A stretch of 17,420 nt of DNA from Armatimonadota bacterium (GCA_039680575.1 JBDKSP010000101.1:1-17420); one strand, 5' to 3'; shown: positions 8,666 through 17,296, counted from the first letter of the stretch. Notes: generated by a model from the sequence alone, not told the origin. A program made the numbers and translations.

Positions 8666-8677
8666 AAATCACCCTTC

Positions 8678-8715
8678 AAACAAAAACGAGGAGGACACAA
8701 GTTAAGCATCCTCCT
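8678..8715 (-). terminator. Terminator-like hairpin within the predicted mutS 5' leader
   Basis: Minus-strand RNA AGGAGGAUGC-UUAACUU-GUGUCCUCCU (8715-8689; 10-bp stem with two G-U pairs) followed by CGUUUUUGUUU. Confidence 0.45.
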
Positions 8716-8732
8716 GTAATAATCTCACAGGA

Positions 8733-8762
8733 ATTATACCACCGGGAGAGCACACAAGCCAA
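8733..8762 (-). promoter_or_regulatory. Putative mutS promoter
   Basis: Minus strand TTGGCT (8762-8757), 18 bp spacer ending TGG, perfect TATAAT (8738-8733). Confidence 0.6.
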
Positions 8763-8805
8763 GCAGGCGAGCAAATGTTCGAGTGCATTCATGACTGACT
8801 TTTCT

Positions 8806-8835
8806 TTGACTCTACACTCTGCTGTGTCGTAGAAT
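8806..8835 (+). promoter_or_regulatory. Putative promoter of the SIS-peptidase operon
   Basis: TTGACT (8806-8811), 18 bp spacer, TAGAAT (8830-8835). Confidence 0.55.
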
Positions 8836-8898
8836 ACGTAAGATAAGCTATTCCTGTTGAAACTCATCAGATATAGCAAAACCGCAGGAGGTAAATCG

Positions 8899-9939
8899 TT
8901 GTCTCTGATGTTAGATGAGATCCGAAGCCAACCTGAAGTTATTAGGACTCTGGTGTCTTCGGAGCGGGATAATATTAGATTACTCGCAAAGGAAATCGGT
9001 GATCGCGGTATCAATTTCAGTCTTATAGCTGCTCGCGGGACATCCGATAATGCTGCTACATACGCAAAGTATCTGCTGGGGATAATAGCGGGTATACCGG
9101 TCGGACTGGCGGCACCGTCTATATTCACGCTCTACGGCGCGCATCCACGGCTCGATCACTCGCTGGTCATAGGTGTATCTCAGTCCGGCCAGGCGGCGGA
9201 CGTCACAGAGTATTTGGAGAACTCGAAGAAGTGCGGAGCACTCACAGCCTGCGTAACCAACGAGGATGGATCTCCGATAACTAAAGTTTCCGACTTTACC
9301 ATACTCTGCCACGCCGGACTGGAAAAAAGCGTTGCAGCCACGAAGACCTATACATCCACTCTGGCTGCGTTAGCCATGCTCAGTTTTATGCTTGGCGGCC
9401 GCGATGATCTATTAGCCTCGCTCGCCGGTATTGGAGACAAAATCGGGCAGGTAATCAGTTCGCTTGAGGACGAGATAGCCCGCCGCGCGGAGCGTTACCG
9501 CTATATGAACGAATGCTTCGTTCTGGCAAGAGGCATCAACTATGCCACAGCGTTCGAAGGAGCCCTGAAACTTGCGGAGACCTGCTATGTTAATGCAGAG
9601 CGGTTCTCTTCAGCCGATTTTATGCATGGGCCGATTGCAATGATAAATGAAGACATTCCGTGCTTCCTTTATGCCCCGTCCGGTGCGGCATTCGATTCGA
9701 TGATTGGTGCAGCGCGCAAACTGAAAGACAGAAATGCGGAACTGATTATCGTATCGGATAACGATGAGATCCTTTCGATGGCTACCACACCGTTCAAGAT
9801 ACCGTTTACGGTGGAAGAAGAGCTGTCGCCGATTATTTATATAGTGGTAGGACAATTGTTTGCTCAGTACCTCGCGATTGCTAAAAAACATGACCCGGAT
9901 CATCCGCGAGGACTGTCAAAAGTGACGATAACGAGGTAA
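8899..9939 (+). CDS. Double SIS-domain protein (GlmS isomerase-like without glutaminase domain; possible glucosamine-6-phosphate deaminase/isomerase)
   Basis: MLDEIRSQP, ARGTSDNA, SQSGQ, EKSVAATKTY, EGALKLAET, FMHGP, PRGLSKVT. Start moved to TTG 8899, 7 nt after AGGAGG (8886-8891). Confidence 0.9.
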   Translation: MSLMLDEIRSQPEVIRTLVSSERDNIRLLAKEIGDRGINFSLIAARGTSDNAATYAKYLLGIIAGIPVGLAAPSIFTLYGAHPRLDHSLVIGVSQSGQAADVTEYLENSKKCGALTACVTNEDGSPITKVSDFTILCHAGLEKSVAATKTYTSTLAALAMLSFMLGGRDDLLASLAGIGDKIGQVISSLEDEIARRAERYRYMNECFVLARGINYATAFEGALKLAETCYVNAERFSSADFMHGPIAMINEDIPCFLYAPSGAAFDSMIGAARKLKDRNAELIIVSDNDEILSMATTPFKIPFTVEEELSPIIYIVVGQLFAQYLAIAKKHDPDHPRGLSKVTITR

Positions 9940-9947
9940 ATTGGATC

Positions 9948-11075
9948 ATGATCAATCAGGAAAGGCTGGTAAGCACGTTTTTGGACCTGGTGAAGATAGA
10001 CAGCCTGTCCAAAAATGAGCGCAAAGTAGCTGACTACCTACGCCCCAAGCTCGAAGCGTTGGGTTTTGAGGTTAAAGAAGACGATGCCGGATCGAAGATA
10101 AACGGAAATTCGGGTAATCTGATCGCTACGAAGATCGGAGGGCTTGAGAAAGGCCGCAGGCTGTTCCTATCGGCTCACATGGACACTGTAGAGTCCAACG
10201 AGGGATTCGAGCCGATAGTCTCAGAGGACGGGGTGATCCACACCGACGGAAACTCGATACTGGGAGCCGACGACAAAGCGGGGATCGCTGCCATACTTGA
10301 GGCAGTTAACGCAGCAATCGAGAACAAGATACCGTTCCGCAGCCTGCAGGTTCTGTACTCCATCTCCGAGGAGATAGGTCTTTTCGGAGCGACATACACA
10401 GACCCAGCCGACATACTGCCTGATTCGATAGGTTATGTATTCGACACAGAAAAACCGGTAGGCGGGATTGTTGTATCAGCCCCGTCTCACGCGACAGTCA
10501 ATGTAAATGTAACTGGGAAAGCAGCACATGCCGGAATTCATCCTGAAAAGGGAATCAGCGCAATAGTTGCAGCGAGTAAGGCTATTTCCCGGCTGAAACT
10601 TGGGCGCATAGATCCGGAGACTACGGCGAATATCGGTATAATCGAGGGTGGAAAGGCAAGAAACATCGTCCCGGATGAGGTATATGTCAAGGCTGAAGCA
10701 CGCAGCCGGAATGAGGAAAAACTTGCCGCTCAGATAGAGCATATGACCAGGACGTTTGAAGATGCAGCGAGCGAGATGGGCGCAAAGGCTGAGGTGGATG
10801 TACAGCGCGAGTACGTCACCTACCGCTGGAATGAAGAAGACGAGCCGATCAAGATCGCAAAACGCGCTGCGGAAGCTCTCGGTATGAAACCGGAATTCAT
10901 CCAGGGCGGCGGCGGAAGCGATGCGAATATCTTTAATGCAAATGGCATACCTGCGGTTGTTATCGGATGCGGCTACGAAGGCGCTCACTCCCGGCAGGAA
11001 CGAATCGCTATCGCAGATCTGAAAAAAGCTGCCGAGTACGCACTGTCGCTCATCAAGGTTAGTGGCGAAAAGTAG
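9948..11075 (+). CDS. M20/M25/M40-family metallopeptidase, peptidase T-like (YqjE type)
   Basis: SAHMDTV, GADDKAG, SEEIG, GKAAHAG, GGGSDANIF and GAHS metal-ligand motifs; 8 nt after the SIS gene. Confidence 0.93.
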   Translation: MINQERLVSTFLDLVKIDSLSKNERKVADYLRPKLEALGFEVKEDDAGSKINGNSGNLIATKIGGLEKGRRLFLSAHMDTVESNEGFEPIVSEDGVIHTDGNSILGADDKAGIAAILEAVNAAIENKIPFRSLQVLYSISEEIGLFGATYTDPADILPDSIGYVFDTEKPVGGIVVSAPSHATVNVNVTGKAAHAGIHPEKGISAIVAASKAISRLKLGRIDPETTANIGIIEGGKARNIVPDEVYVKAEARSRNEEKLAAQIEHMTRTFEDAASEMGAKAEVDVQREYVTYRWNEEDEPIKIAKRAAEALGMKPEFIQGGGGSDANIFNANGIPAVVIGCGYEGAHSRQERIAIADLKKAAEYALSLIKVSGEK

Positions 11076-11079
11076 TATT

Positions 11080-11226
11080 TAAGCACGAAAGCAGGAAAAA
11101 GGGAGTAACCTGAGCAGACTCTTCTCACTTTCGTGCTTATATGCTTCGGGACCGCTTTTCGTCCCGAAGCACGAGTCTCCACTAACTCGAAAAGCTGGCT
11201 TCGGCGCAAAATACGTGCGCCGAAGT
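11080..11226. repeat. Cluster of four consecutive inverted repeats (structured RNA or REP-like array)
   Basis: Perfect stems: TAAGCACGAAAG/CTTTCGTGCTTA (11080-11091/11128-11139), TGCTTCGGGAC/GTCCCGAAGCA (11142-11152/11161-11171), CGAGT/ACTCG (11172-11176/11185-11189), CTTCGGCGCA/TGCGCCGAAG (11199-11208/11216-11225). Confidence 0.8.
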
Positions 11227-11257
11227 ATCCATAAATCCTGAATCCTAACATCATCCA

Positions 11258-12352
11258 ATGCTGAAGCATAAAATTGGGATTATAACGCAAATACTGGCAG
11301 AGCGGCCTGGTGCAATCGAGGTCGAGGTTGAAATCGATGGAGAGAAGTCGAAGGCTATTGCCTATACCTCGCTAGTTGCTTCGCCGGAAGTAGGTGATCG
11401 CACTGCGCTCAATACCACCGCAGTCTCTCTAGGGCTCGGTACCGGCGGTCTACACTTCATCATCGAAAACCTCTCAAGAGAAGCCGATGTCCTAAACGAT
11501 GGTCCGGGGCATATAATGAAGCTCCGCTACACCCCGGAGCAACACGCGGTCCTTTCAGTAGAAGAGGAAGATAGTCCACACCGATCCCTGATAGACAGCT
11601 TTCAATCGCTTAATAAAATGCCGGTCATTATTGGCCAACTGCACAGCCAGGTAGCGCCAGCAGCAGCAGCGATTAAGAGGTTAACCCAGCCGAAGGCGAA
11701 AATTGCATATATTATGACCGATTCTGCCGCGCTTTCCATTGCATTCAGCCGCATTGTAAGCCAAATGAAGGAAACAGGGCTCCTGGATGTGACGATAACC
11801 GCTGGACAGGCATTCGGCGGCGATATTGAGGCGGTAAACGTCTACAGCGCCTTGATCGCGGCGAAAACAGTCTCGAATGCTGATGTGGCAATAGTATGCC
11901 AGGGGCCGGGAAATGTCGGAACAGGCACAAAGTACGGATTTTCCGGAATAGAGCAGGGGGAGATAGTAAACGCCGCCGCTATGCTTGGGGGAACACCCAT
12001 TGCGATCCCCAGAATAAGTTTTGCCGACCCCAGACCGCGTCACAGAGGGATGAGCCATCACACTATAACATCGCTTTCAGAAGTTGCGCTTGCTCAGGCT
12101 ATCGTTCCGCTTCCCATGATGGAAGAAATGAAGCTTCTTGCGGTCGAAGAGCAGATTCGCCAGACATCGATCAACTACAAGCACCGAACACGGGTAATAG
12201 ACGGGATGCCGGGCATCAGAGAATGCGCCGAACGGGGGATAAAGCTCTCGACGATGGGGAGAGGGTTCAACGAAGACCCCGAATTCTTCCTTGCGGCGGC
12301 GGCCGCCGGTGTTCTAGCGGCAGAGTTTATACGTTCGACCGGTAGTATGTAA
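11258..12352 (+). CDS. DUF3866-family protein
   Basis: LNTTAVSLGLGTGG, GHIMKLRYTPEQ, LHSQ, YIMTD, GQAFGGDIEAVN, GPGNVGTGTKYGFSG, RISFADPRPRHRGMSHH, STMGRG motifs recognised as DUF3866. Confidence 0.85.
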   Translation: MLKHKIGIITQILAERPGAIEVEVEIDGEKSKAIAYTSLVASPEVGDRTALNTTAVSLGLGTGGLHFIIENLSREADVLNDGPGHIMKLRYTPEQHAVLSVEEEDSPHRSLIDSFQSLNKMPVIIGQLHSQVAPAAAAIKRLTQPKAKIAYIMTDSAALSIAFSRIVSQMKETGLLDVTITAGQAFGGDIEAVNVYSALIAAKTVSNADVAIVCQGPGNVGTGTKYGFSGIEQGEIVNAAAMLGGTPIAIPRISFADPRPRHRGMSHHTITSLSEVALAQAIVPLPMMEEMKLLAVEEQIRQTSINYKHRTRVIDGMPGIRECAERGIKLSTMGRGFNEDPEFFLAAAAAGVLAAEFIRSTGSM

Positions 12353-12552
12353 AGCAAATACGCATTTACGCGACTTGACAGCTATTTACTGCTTAAAGAG
12401 TTTTGAGTAGTGATGTAATAAATAATCCTACGGAAACATCAGTCATTGATAATACTGTATCTGTTGGTTTCACGCTTAGGAGCGAACAATCTGGTGGAGA
12501 GTCTAGCTCCTTCACTTGAGAATAGTTGAGAATCTAAATCCAGGAGAATAAA

Positions 12553-13221
12553 ATGCAAAAGAACTCGAAGATAATCGTTTTATTATTGCTCGTGATAGCG
12601 GTAGTGGCAGTAGTCGCTGTAAAAAATAAAAAATCGGCTGAAAAACCGCAGCTTGCCAACCTTGGAGAGCAGTCTGTCGAGGAAAGGACATCGTCCAAAG
12701 AGATAGAAGCTCCGGCTGAAGGACCTGCGGAGAAGCTCAATAAGGAACAGGCAAAGAATACCGATGCAAAAATGCCAGCGGAGGAAAATAAACCAGCCTC
12801 TACTCCGGATAAATCAATCCTGGCTGATCAAAAAGGCGTAAAGAAGCCGGACGTCAAGCCTCAGTCTAGTGTGGCTAATCCTGACAAGACTAAAACTGTC
12901 GTGAGTGGGAAGCCCAGGCAGCAGAAGATGCGGCCGGCAAAGCTGATCGAACTCGGTTCGACTACCTGTGTTCCTTGCAAAAAAATGCTTCCGCTGATGG
13001 GGGAGTTAAAGCGCGATTATGCAGGTAAACTCGAAATAGTTACAATTGATATCCACGAAGATGAGAAAGCGGTGGATAAGTACGATATCAATATGATCCC
13101 GGCGCAGATATTCTTTGACTCAAACGGGAAAGAGATCTTCCGACATGAAGGTTTCTTCTCGAAAGAAGATATAATAGAAGCCTTCAAATCGCATGGAGTA
13201 GACCTGGCGAGTTCAAGGTAA
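12553..13221 (+). CDS. Membrane-anchored thioredoxin-family protein
   Basis: N-terminal TM segment IIVLLLLVIAVVAVVAV; long K/E/P/A-rich linker; ELGSTTCVPCKKM CxxC; IPAQIFFD..GKE..RH.G; AGGAG RBS at 12542-12546. Confidence 0.9.
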   Translation: MQKNSKIIVLLLLVIAVVAVVAVKNKKSAEKPQLANLGEQSVEERTSSKEIEAPAEGPAEKLNKEQAKNTDAKMPAEENKPASTPDKSILADQKGVKKPDVKPQSSVANPDKTKTVVSGKPRQQKMRPAKLIELGSTTCVPCKKMLPLMGELKRDYAGKLEIVTIDIHEDEKAVDKYDINMIPAQIFFDSNGKEIFRHEGFFSKEDIIEAFKSHGVDLASSR

Positions 13222-13234
13222 TCCATAATCCGTC

Positions 13235-14044
13235 CTACATCGTTTTACCGGCAGGCATGAGAATCTGGTTCAACCTTTCGAATGCCTGCACCCAACTCCA
13301 ACCCTCGGGCGGCATCGTTTCAATCGTCATGGTAGCGTGGGTATTGAGTTTATTGCGGAGTTCCGCGAATGACGGCCAATCGATAGTGCCCAATCCGGGG
13401 AATTTATGCTGGTCCACCAACCCGTCATTATCATGAAGGTGCATGGTGACTGCATAGGGTAAAAGATGTCTTGCCTGGTCTTCGAAGCTGGGTGAAAGAT
13501 TCGCGTGTCCGGTATCGAAACATACCCCAACCGCGTCTGAGTATGCAGCTTCAACTAATCTGGCTAATTCTTCCTCACTGCAGCAGAGATACCCGGGAGG
13601 CATATTTTCGACTGCGAGGGTGACCCCGGATTCCTTCGCTATTACTGCCAGTTCCCGTATAACACCAGTCGATCTGTCAAGTCGCCTTATTCTATCGTTC
13701 AAAACGGGTCCATTTCCGGGGTGGACTATAGTATACGATGCTCCAAGAACATGGGTGAACTCGATGGCTTCTATCAATGATGCGACTCCACGCTCGTGTA
13801 TGCTATCATCAAACGATGAAAAATCAATATCGCTGCCGAACGGAGCGTGGACGGAGTTTACATGGAGCCTGGCATTTTGCAGTTTATAGAGTAATTGGTC
13901 CATTTCAATTGGCCCAACCTGATCGAGGAAACAACTGTTTCCCAACCCCACCTCGATTGACGATACACCCTGTCCCTCATAATTTGAAATTGTATCAAAT
14001 AACTCTGAAATACTCTGGCACCATGCATAACCAACGAGTTTCAT
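13235..14044 (-). CDS. Sugar phosphate isomerase/epimerase family protein (xylose isomerase-like / AP endonuclease 2 TIM barrel)
   Basis: SVHAPF, IVHPG, LAVENM, CFDTGHANL, HLHDNDG..DQH..PG.G.IDW and terminal IE metal-ligand motifs. Confidence 0.9.
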   Translation of the reverse strand: MKLVGYAWCQSISELFDTISNYEGQGVSSIEVGLGNSCFLDQVGPIEMDQLLYKLQNARLHVNSVHAPFGSDIDFSSFDDSIHERGVASLIEAIEFTHVLGASYTIVHPGNGPVLNDRIRRLDRSTGVIRELAVIAKESGVTLAVENMPPGYLCCSEEELARLVEAAYSDAVGVCFDTGHANLSPSFEDQARHLLPYAVTMHLHDNDGLVDQHKFPGLGTIDWPSFAELRNKLNTHATMTIETMPPEGWSWVQAFERLNQILMPAGKTM

Positions 14045-14229
14045 TTAAATATCCTTGAAAGCTTGAATATTATAAATTTCCGGCTGTTCTCTTAGCAGCC
14101 GATCGTATATCGATCATTGCTGAATATCTTCTTTGGAGTTTCTGGCGCACCTGAAACTCTATAACTATCTCTTTCTTCTACTGATACCTGTTGTTTTCCT
14201 CCTGAGTTGCTAAAAGCCCGGCAAATCGC

Positions 14230-14258
14230 TTGGCAATATAACACCGATCAAGTATCAT
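14230..14258 (+). promoter_or_regulatory. Putative uvrB promoter
   Basis: TTGGCA (14230-14235), 17 bp spacer, TATCAT (14253-14258), ending 9 nt before the ATG. Confidence 0.55.
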
Positions 14259-14267
14259 GTATGTATA

Positions 14268-16259
14268 ATGACGGAGTTTAGAATCAAATCGAATTTTGAA
14301 CCTACGGGAGATCAACCCGATGCTATAGACAAGCTGGTGGCAGGGATAAACAGCGGCAGCCGCTACCAGACGCTCGTTGGCGTCACCGGGTCCGGCAAGA
14401 CCTTTACGATGGCCAACGTGATTGCGCGTATAAAGCGCCCGACTCTTGTCATTGCTCACAACAAGACACTTGCTGCTCAGCTCGCAAGTGAGTTCAGGGA
14501 ATTCTTTCCTGATAATGCCGTCGAATATTTCGTCTCATACTACGATTATTATCAACCCGAGGCTTATATCCCTCAGACGGATACATATATCGAGAAAGAT
14601 TCAGCGGTCAACGATGAGATCGACCGGCTTCGACACGCAGCGACGCAAGCAGTGCTCGAACGGCGTGATGTAATAGTCGTTGCAAGTGTTTCATCCATCT
14701 ACGGGTTGGGTTCGCCGGAAGACTATGCCGCTACCGTACTATCGATAGAGCGCGGTAAAGCTTACAGTCGAGAATCAATGCTCCATCGGTTGATCGAGAT
14801 GCAGTTCAGTAGGAACGATATGGAGCTCTCACGCGGGACATTCCGTGTGAAGGGTGACATTATGGAGATTCAACCCGTCGACGAGGAGATCATAACCCGG
14901 ATAGAGTTCTTCGGTGATGAAGTCGAGAAGATTACTATCATAGATCCGGTAACGGGAGAAGTGATAATAGGGAAGGACAGGGTATCGATCTTCCCCGCCT
15001 CACACTTCATAACCCCATGGGAAAAGATGGAACGGTCGCTAAAAGACGTAGAGACCGAGCTCGCCCAGCAAATAAAGTATTTCCAGAGCCAGGGAAAACT
15101 TCTGGAAGCGCAGCGAATCGAGCAGCGGACTAATTATGATATGGAAATGATGCGCGAGGTCGGCTACTGCACGGGTATTGAGAACTATTCCCGCATTCTG
15201 GATGGCCGCGCGCCCGGTACACCGCCATACACGCTTCTCGACTACTTCCCGAACGATTTTCTCCTGATGATAGATGAGTCGCACCAGACGATTCCGCAGC
15301 TTCATGGGATGTATAAAGGCGACCGCTCGCGGAAGACCACGCTTGTAGAGTTCGGATTCAGGCTGCCGAGCGCACTCGACAACAGGCCGCTTCGGTTCGA
15401 GGAGTTCAAGGAGCGCATAAACCAGACTGTATTCGTTTCAGCGACGCCTGGACCGTTCGAGATGGCGAACAGCGAGCAGATGGTAGAGCAGTTGATCCGT
15501 CCGACCGGGCTGATCGACCCGGAAATAGAAGTCAGACCGACAAAAGGGCAGATAGACGATCTCATCGAAGAGATACGGAACCGAGTAGAGAAGAACGAAC
15601 GCGTGCTTGTGACTACGCTTACTAAGCGTATGGCTGAAGACCTGTCGGAATACCTGCTCGATCTTGAGATGAAAGTCCATTACCTGCATTCGGACATCAA
15701 AACGCTGGAGCGGCTGGAGATACTTCGTGATCTACGGCTCGGTGTATATGATATCATTATCGGTATCAACTTATTGAGAGAAGGGCTGGACTTGCCTGAA
15801 GTCACGCTCGTTGCCATTCTCGACGCAGACAAGGAAGGTTTCCTCAGGTCGGAGACATCGCTCATCCAGACTGTAGGGCGCGCTGCGAGAAACGTAAACG
15901 GTAAAGTGCTGATGTATGCGGATAACATCACGGACTCGATGCGCCGCGCGATAGACGAGACGAACCGCCGCCGCAAAATACAGACGGATTACAATGAGAA
16001 GCATAACATCACTCCGCAGACGATTCAAAAGGCAGTGCGAGAGGTCATCGAATCCAAACGTGTTGCCGAGACGAAGGAATATTATGGCCTGTCGCGGAAG
16101 GATGTGAAGAACATCCCTCTTGACGAGGTGATGTTGATGCTTGCCGATCTGGAGCGAGAGATGAAGCAGGCAGCAAAGGCGCTCGACTTCGAGCATGCTG
16201 CTGAATGCCGCGACGAGGTCACACGCATCAAAAAGCTGCTTCCGAACGTGAAGTGGTGA
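14268..16259 (+). CDS. uvrB: Excinuclease ABC subunit UvrB
   Basis: [27 protein letters not shown] beta-hairpin, [37 protein letters not shown], and C-terminal UVR domain. Confidence 0.99.
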   Translation: MTEFRIKSNFEPTGDQPDAIDKLVAGINSGSRYQTLVGVTGSGKTFTMANVIARIKRPTLVIAHNKTLAAQLASEFREFFPDNAVEYFVSYYDYYQPEAYIPQTDTYIEKDSAVNDEIDRLRHAATQAVLERRDVIVVASVSSIYGLGSPEDYAATVLSIERGKAYSRESMLHRLIEMQFSRNDMELSRGTFRVKGDIMEIQPVDEEIITRIEFFGDEVEKITIIDPVTGEVIIGKDRVSIFPASHFITPWEKMERSLKDVETELAQQIKYFQSQGKLLEAQRIEQRTNYDMEMMREVGYCTGIENYSRILDGRAPGTPPYTLLDYFPNDFLLMIDESHQTIPQLHGMYKGDRSRKTTLVEFGFRLPSALDNRPLRFEEFKERINQTVFVSATPGPFEMANSEQMVEQLIRPTGLIDPEIEVRPTKGQIDDLIEEIRNRVEKNERVLVTTLTKRMAEDLSEYLLDLEMKVHYLHSDIKTLERLEILRDLRLGVYDIIIGINLLREGLDLPEVTLVAILDADKEGFLRSETSLIQTVGRAARNVNGKVLMYADNITDSMRRAIDETNRRRKIQTDYNEKHNITPQTIQKAVREVIESKRVAETKEYYGLSRKDVKNIPLDEVMLMLADLEREMKQAAKALDFEHAAECRDEVTRIKKLLPNVKW

Positions 16260-16332
16260 GGTATCTGTCAGTTTTCAGCAATCAGCCAGGATTTATTATG
16301 ATATCCGGCATAAATCGCAAGGGGATGAATAT

Positions 16333-16680
16333 ATGCAAGATGTAATAGCAGCCTGCGGGCTGATATGCAGTAACTGTGAGGCTTACATTGCGACTAAAGC
16401 AAACGATGCGGAAAGCATCACGCGGGTTGCCAAAGAGTGGTCGGCGCAGTTTGACGCGGATATTAAGCCGGAGTCGGTATGGTGCGACGGGTGCATGACC
16501 GATGGCGAGCGAAAATGCAGTCACATCAACGAATGCCGGATTCGCACGTGTGCAATCGAGCGCGGGCTAGCTAACTGTGCGGGCTGTTCGGATTTCGGGT
16601 GTAATAAGATCAAAGAGTTTCTGAGTGCAGCGCCCGAAGCAAAGAGTACTATGGATGCTCTACGATTAGCAAACAAATAA
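16333..16680 (+). CDS. Cys-rich DUF3795-domain protein
   Basis: ACGLICSNC, CDGC, C.IR.CA.ERGL.NCAGCSDFGC; 11 Cys in 115 aa; AAGGGGA RBS-like sequence upstream. Confidence 0.85.
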   Translation: MQDVIAACGLICSNCEAYIATKANDAESITRVAKEWSAQFDADIKPESVWCDGCMTDGERKCSHINECRIRTCAIERGLANCAGCSDFGCNKIKEFLSAAPEAKSTMDALRLANK

Positions 16681-16698
16681 CCGCAGCTGCCATTCGTA

Positions 16699-17295
16699 TC
16701 AACTTGAGGAATCTTGAGCGGCGGACGATGCGTTGTATCTGTGAAGGGCAATTGCGATGAGTATGAGCGCTGCGATGGCCCATAATCCTGATTCCGGGCC
16801 GAATTTGCCTCCCAGCCACCATGTCGGACCATTTGAGTGCAGCTGTATCAGGGATGGCAGGTCATTACCGCTCACTCTGAACCCGAAAATAGGTCCAAGC
16901 GCAAGGTTCCACCCGAAATGTATGCCTATAGGCAGCCAGAGCCTTTTAGTGGTGATGTATGCATAGGATAAGACGATTCCTGCGGCGAATATCCCGGATA
17001 ATGCTGCAAGACTCCTGCCGCCTGCGTTAGAAAAATGAAGGGATGCAAAGATGGCAGAGTTTATGATTACAGCTGCTGCAGTGCCGTAACCCGATCTAAG
17101 TGTCTGGAGAATATAACCTCTGGAGACTACTTCCTCGAAAACCGCAATCGCTGCCATTAAGATCAAGCTCTCAATGATTATACCGGCATTGAGGACAAAT
17201 CCCGTTATTTTTACCCAACCGAATGCGCAGGTGATAAGAAACAGGACTCCCATGGCAGAAATGGCAGTGAGCGCTCCAAATGCAAAATCGGTCAT
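16699..17295 (-). CDS. CPBP-family (Abi / type II CAAX) intramembrane glutamic endopeptidase, probably N-terminally truncated by the IS630-like element
   Basis: FEEVVSRG, FASLH, IGIHFGWN, FGFRVSG and GG.FGPE.G motifs. The ATG overlaps the TA dinucleotide at the IS junction, and there is no RBS. Confidence 0.88.
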   Translation of the reverse strand: MTDFAFGALTAISAMGVLFLITCAFGWVKITGFVLNAGIIIESLILMAAIAVFEEVVSRGYILQTLRSGYGTAAAVIINSAIFASLHFSNAGGRSLAALSGIFAAGIVLSYAYITTKRLWLPIGIHFGWNLALGPIFGFRVSGNDLPSLIQLHSNGPTWWLGGKFGPESGLWAIAALILIAIALHRYNASSAAQDSSS

Positions 17296-17296
17296 A

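Noticed and set aside
8857..8898. Longer SIS N-terminus from the ORF track (TTG 8857)
   Set aside because: This stretch contains the AGGAGG RBS, and the family-like sequence starts at TTG 8899.
8836..8898. glmS ribozyme upstream of the GlmS-like SIS gene
   Set aside because: The leader after the predicted promoter is only about 60 nt, too short, and shows no recognisable ribozyme core.
8676..9128. 150-aa minus-strand ORF and the many other 60-186 aa overlapping ORFs (e.g. 6896-7456, 10476-10988, 11896-12345, 15771-16196)
   Set aside because: They are antisense or alternate-frame shadows of well-supported genes, with no recognisable motifs.
11080..11226. CRISPR array, tRNA or integron attC sites
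   Set aside because: No identical repeats with regular spacers, no cas or integrase gene, no cloverleaf with a T-loop, and no attC core-site boundaries.
6056..16259. Dedicated DNA-repair island (mutS, AP-endonuclease-like barrel, uvrB)
   Set aside because: The genes are in separate transcription units with unrelated genes between them, and the barrel looks like the generic sugar isomerase/epimerase type rather than endonuclease IV.
12553..16680. Selenocysteine recoding in the thioredoxin or DUF3795
   Set aside because: The Cys motifs use normal Cys codons, and neither ORF has an internal TGA.
16699..17295. Anti-phage abortive-infection system from the 'Abi' family name
   Set aside because: CPBP/Abi denotes CAAX-type membrane proteases; nothing in the sequence or context indicates phage defence.
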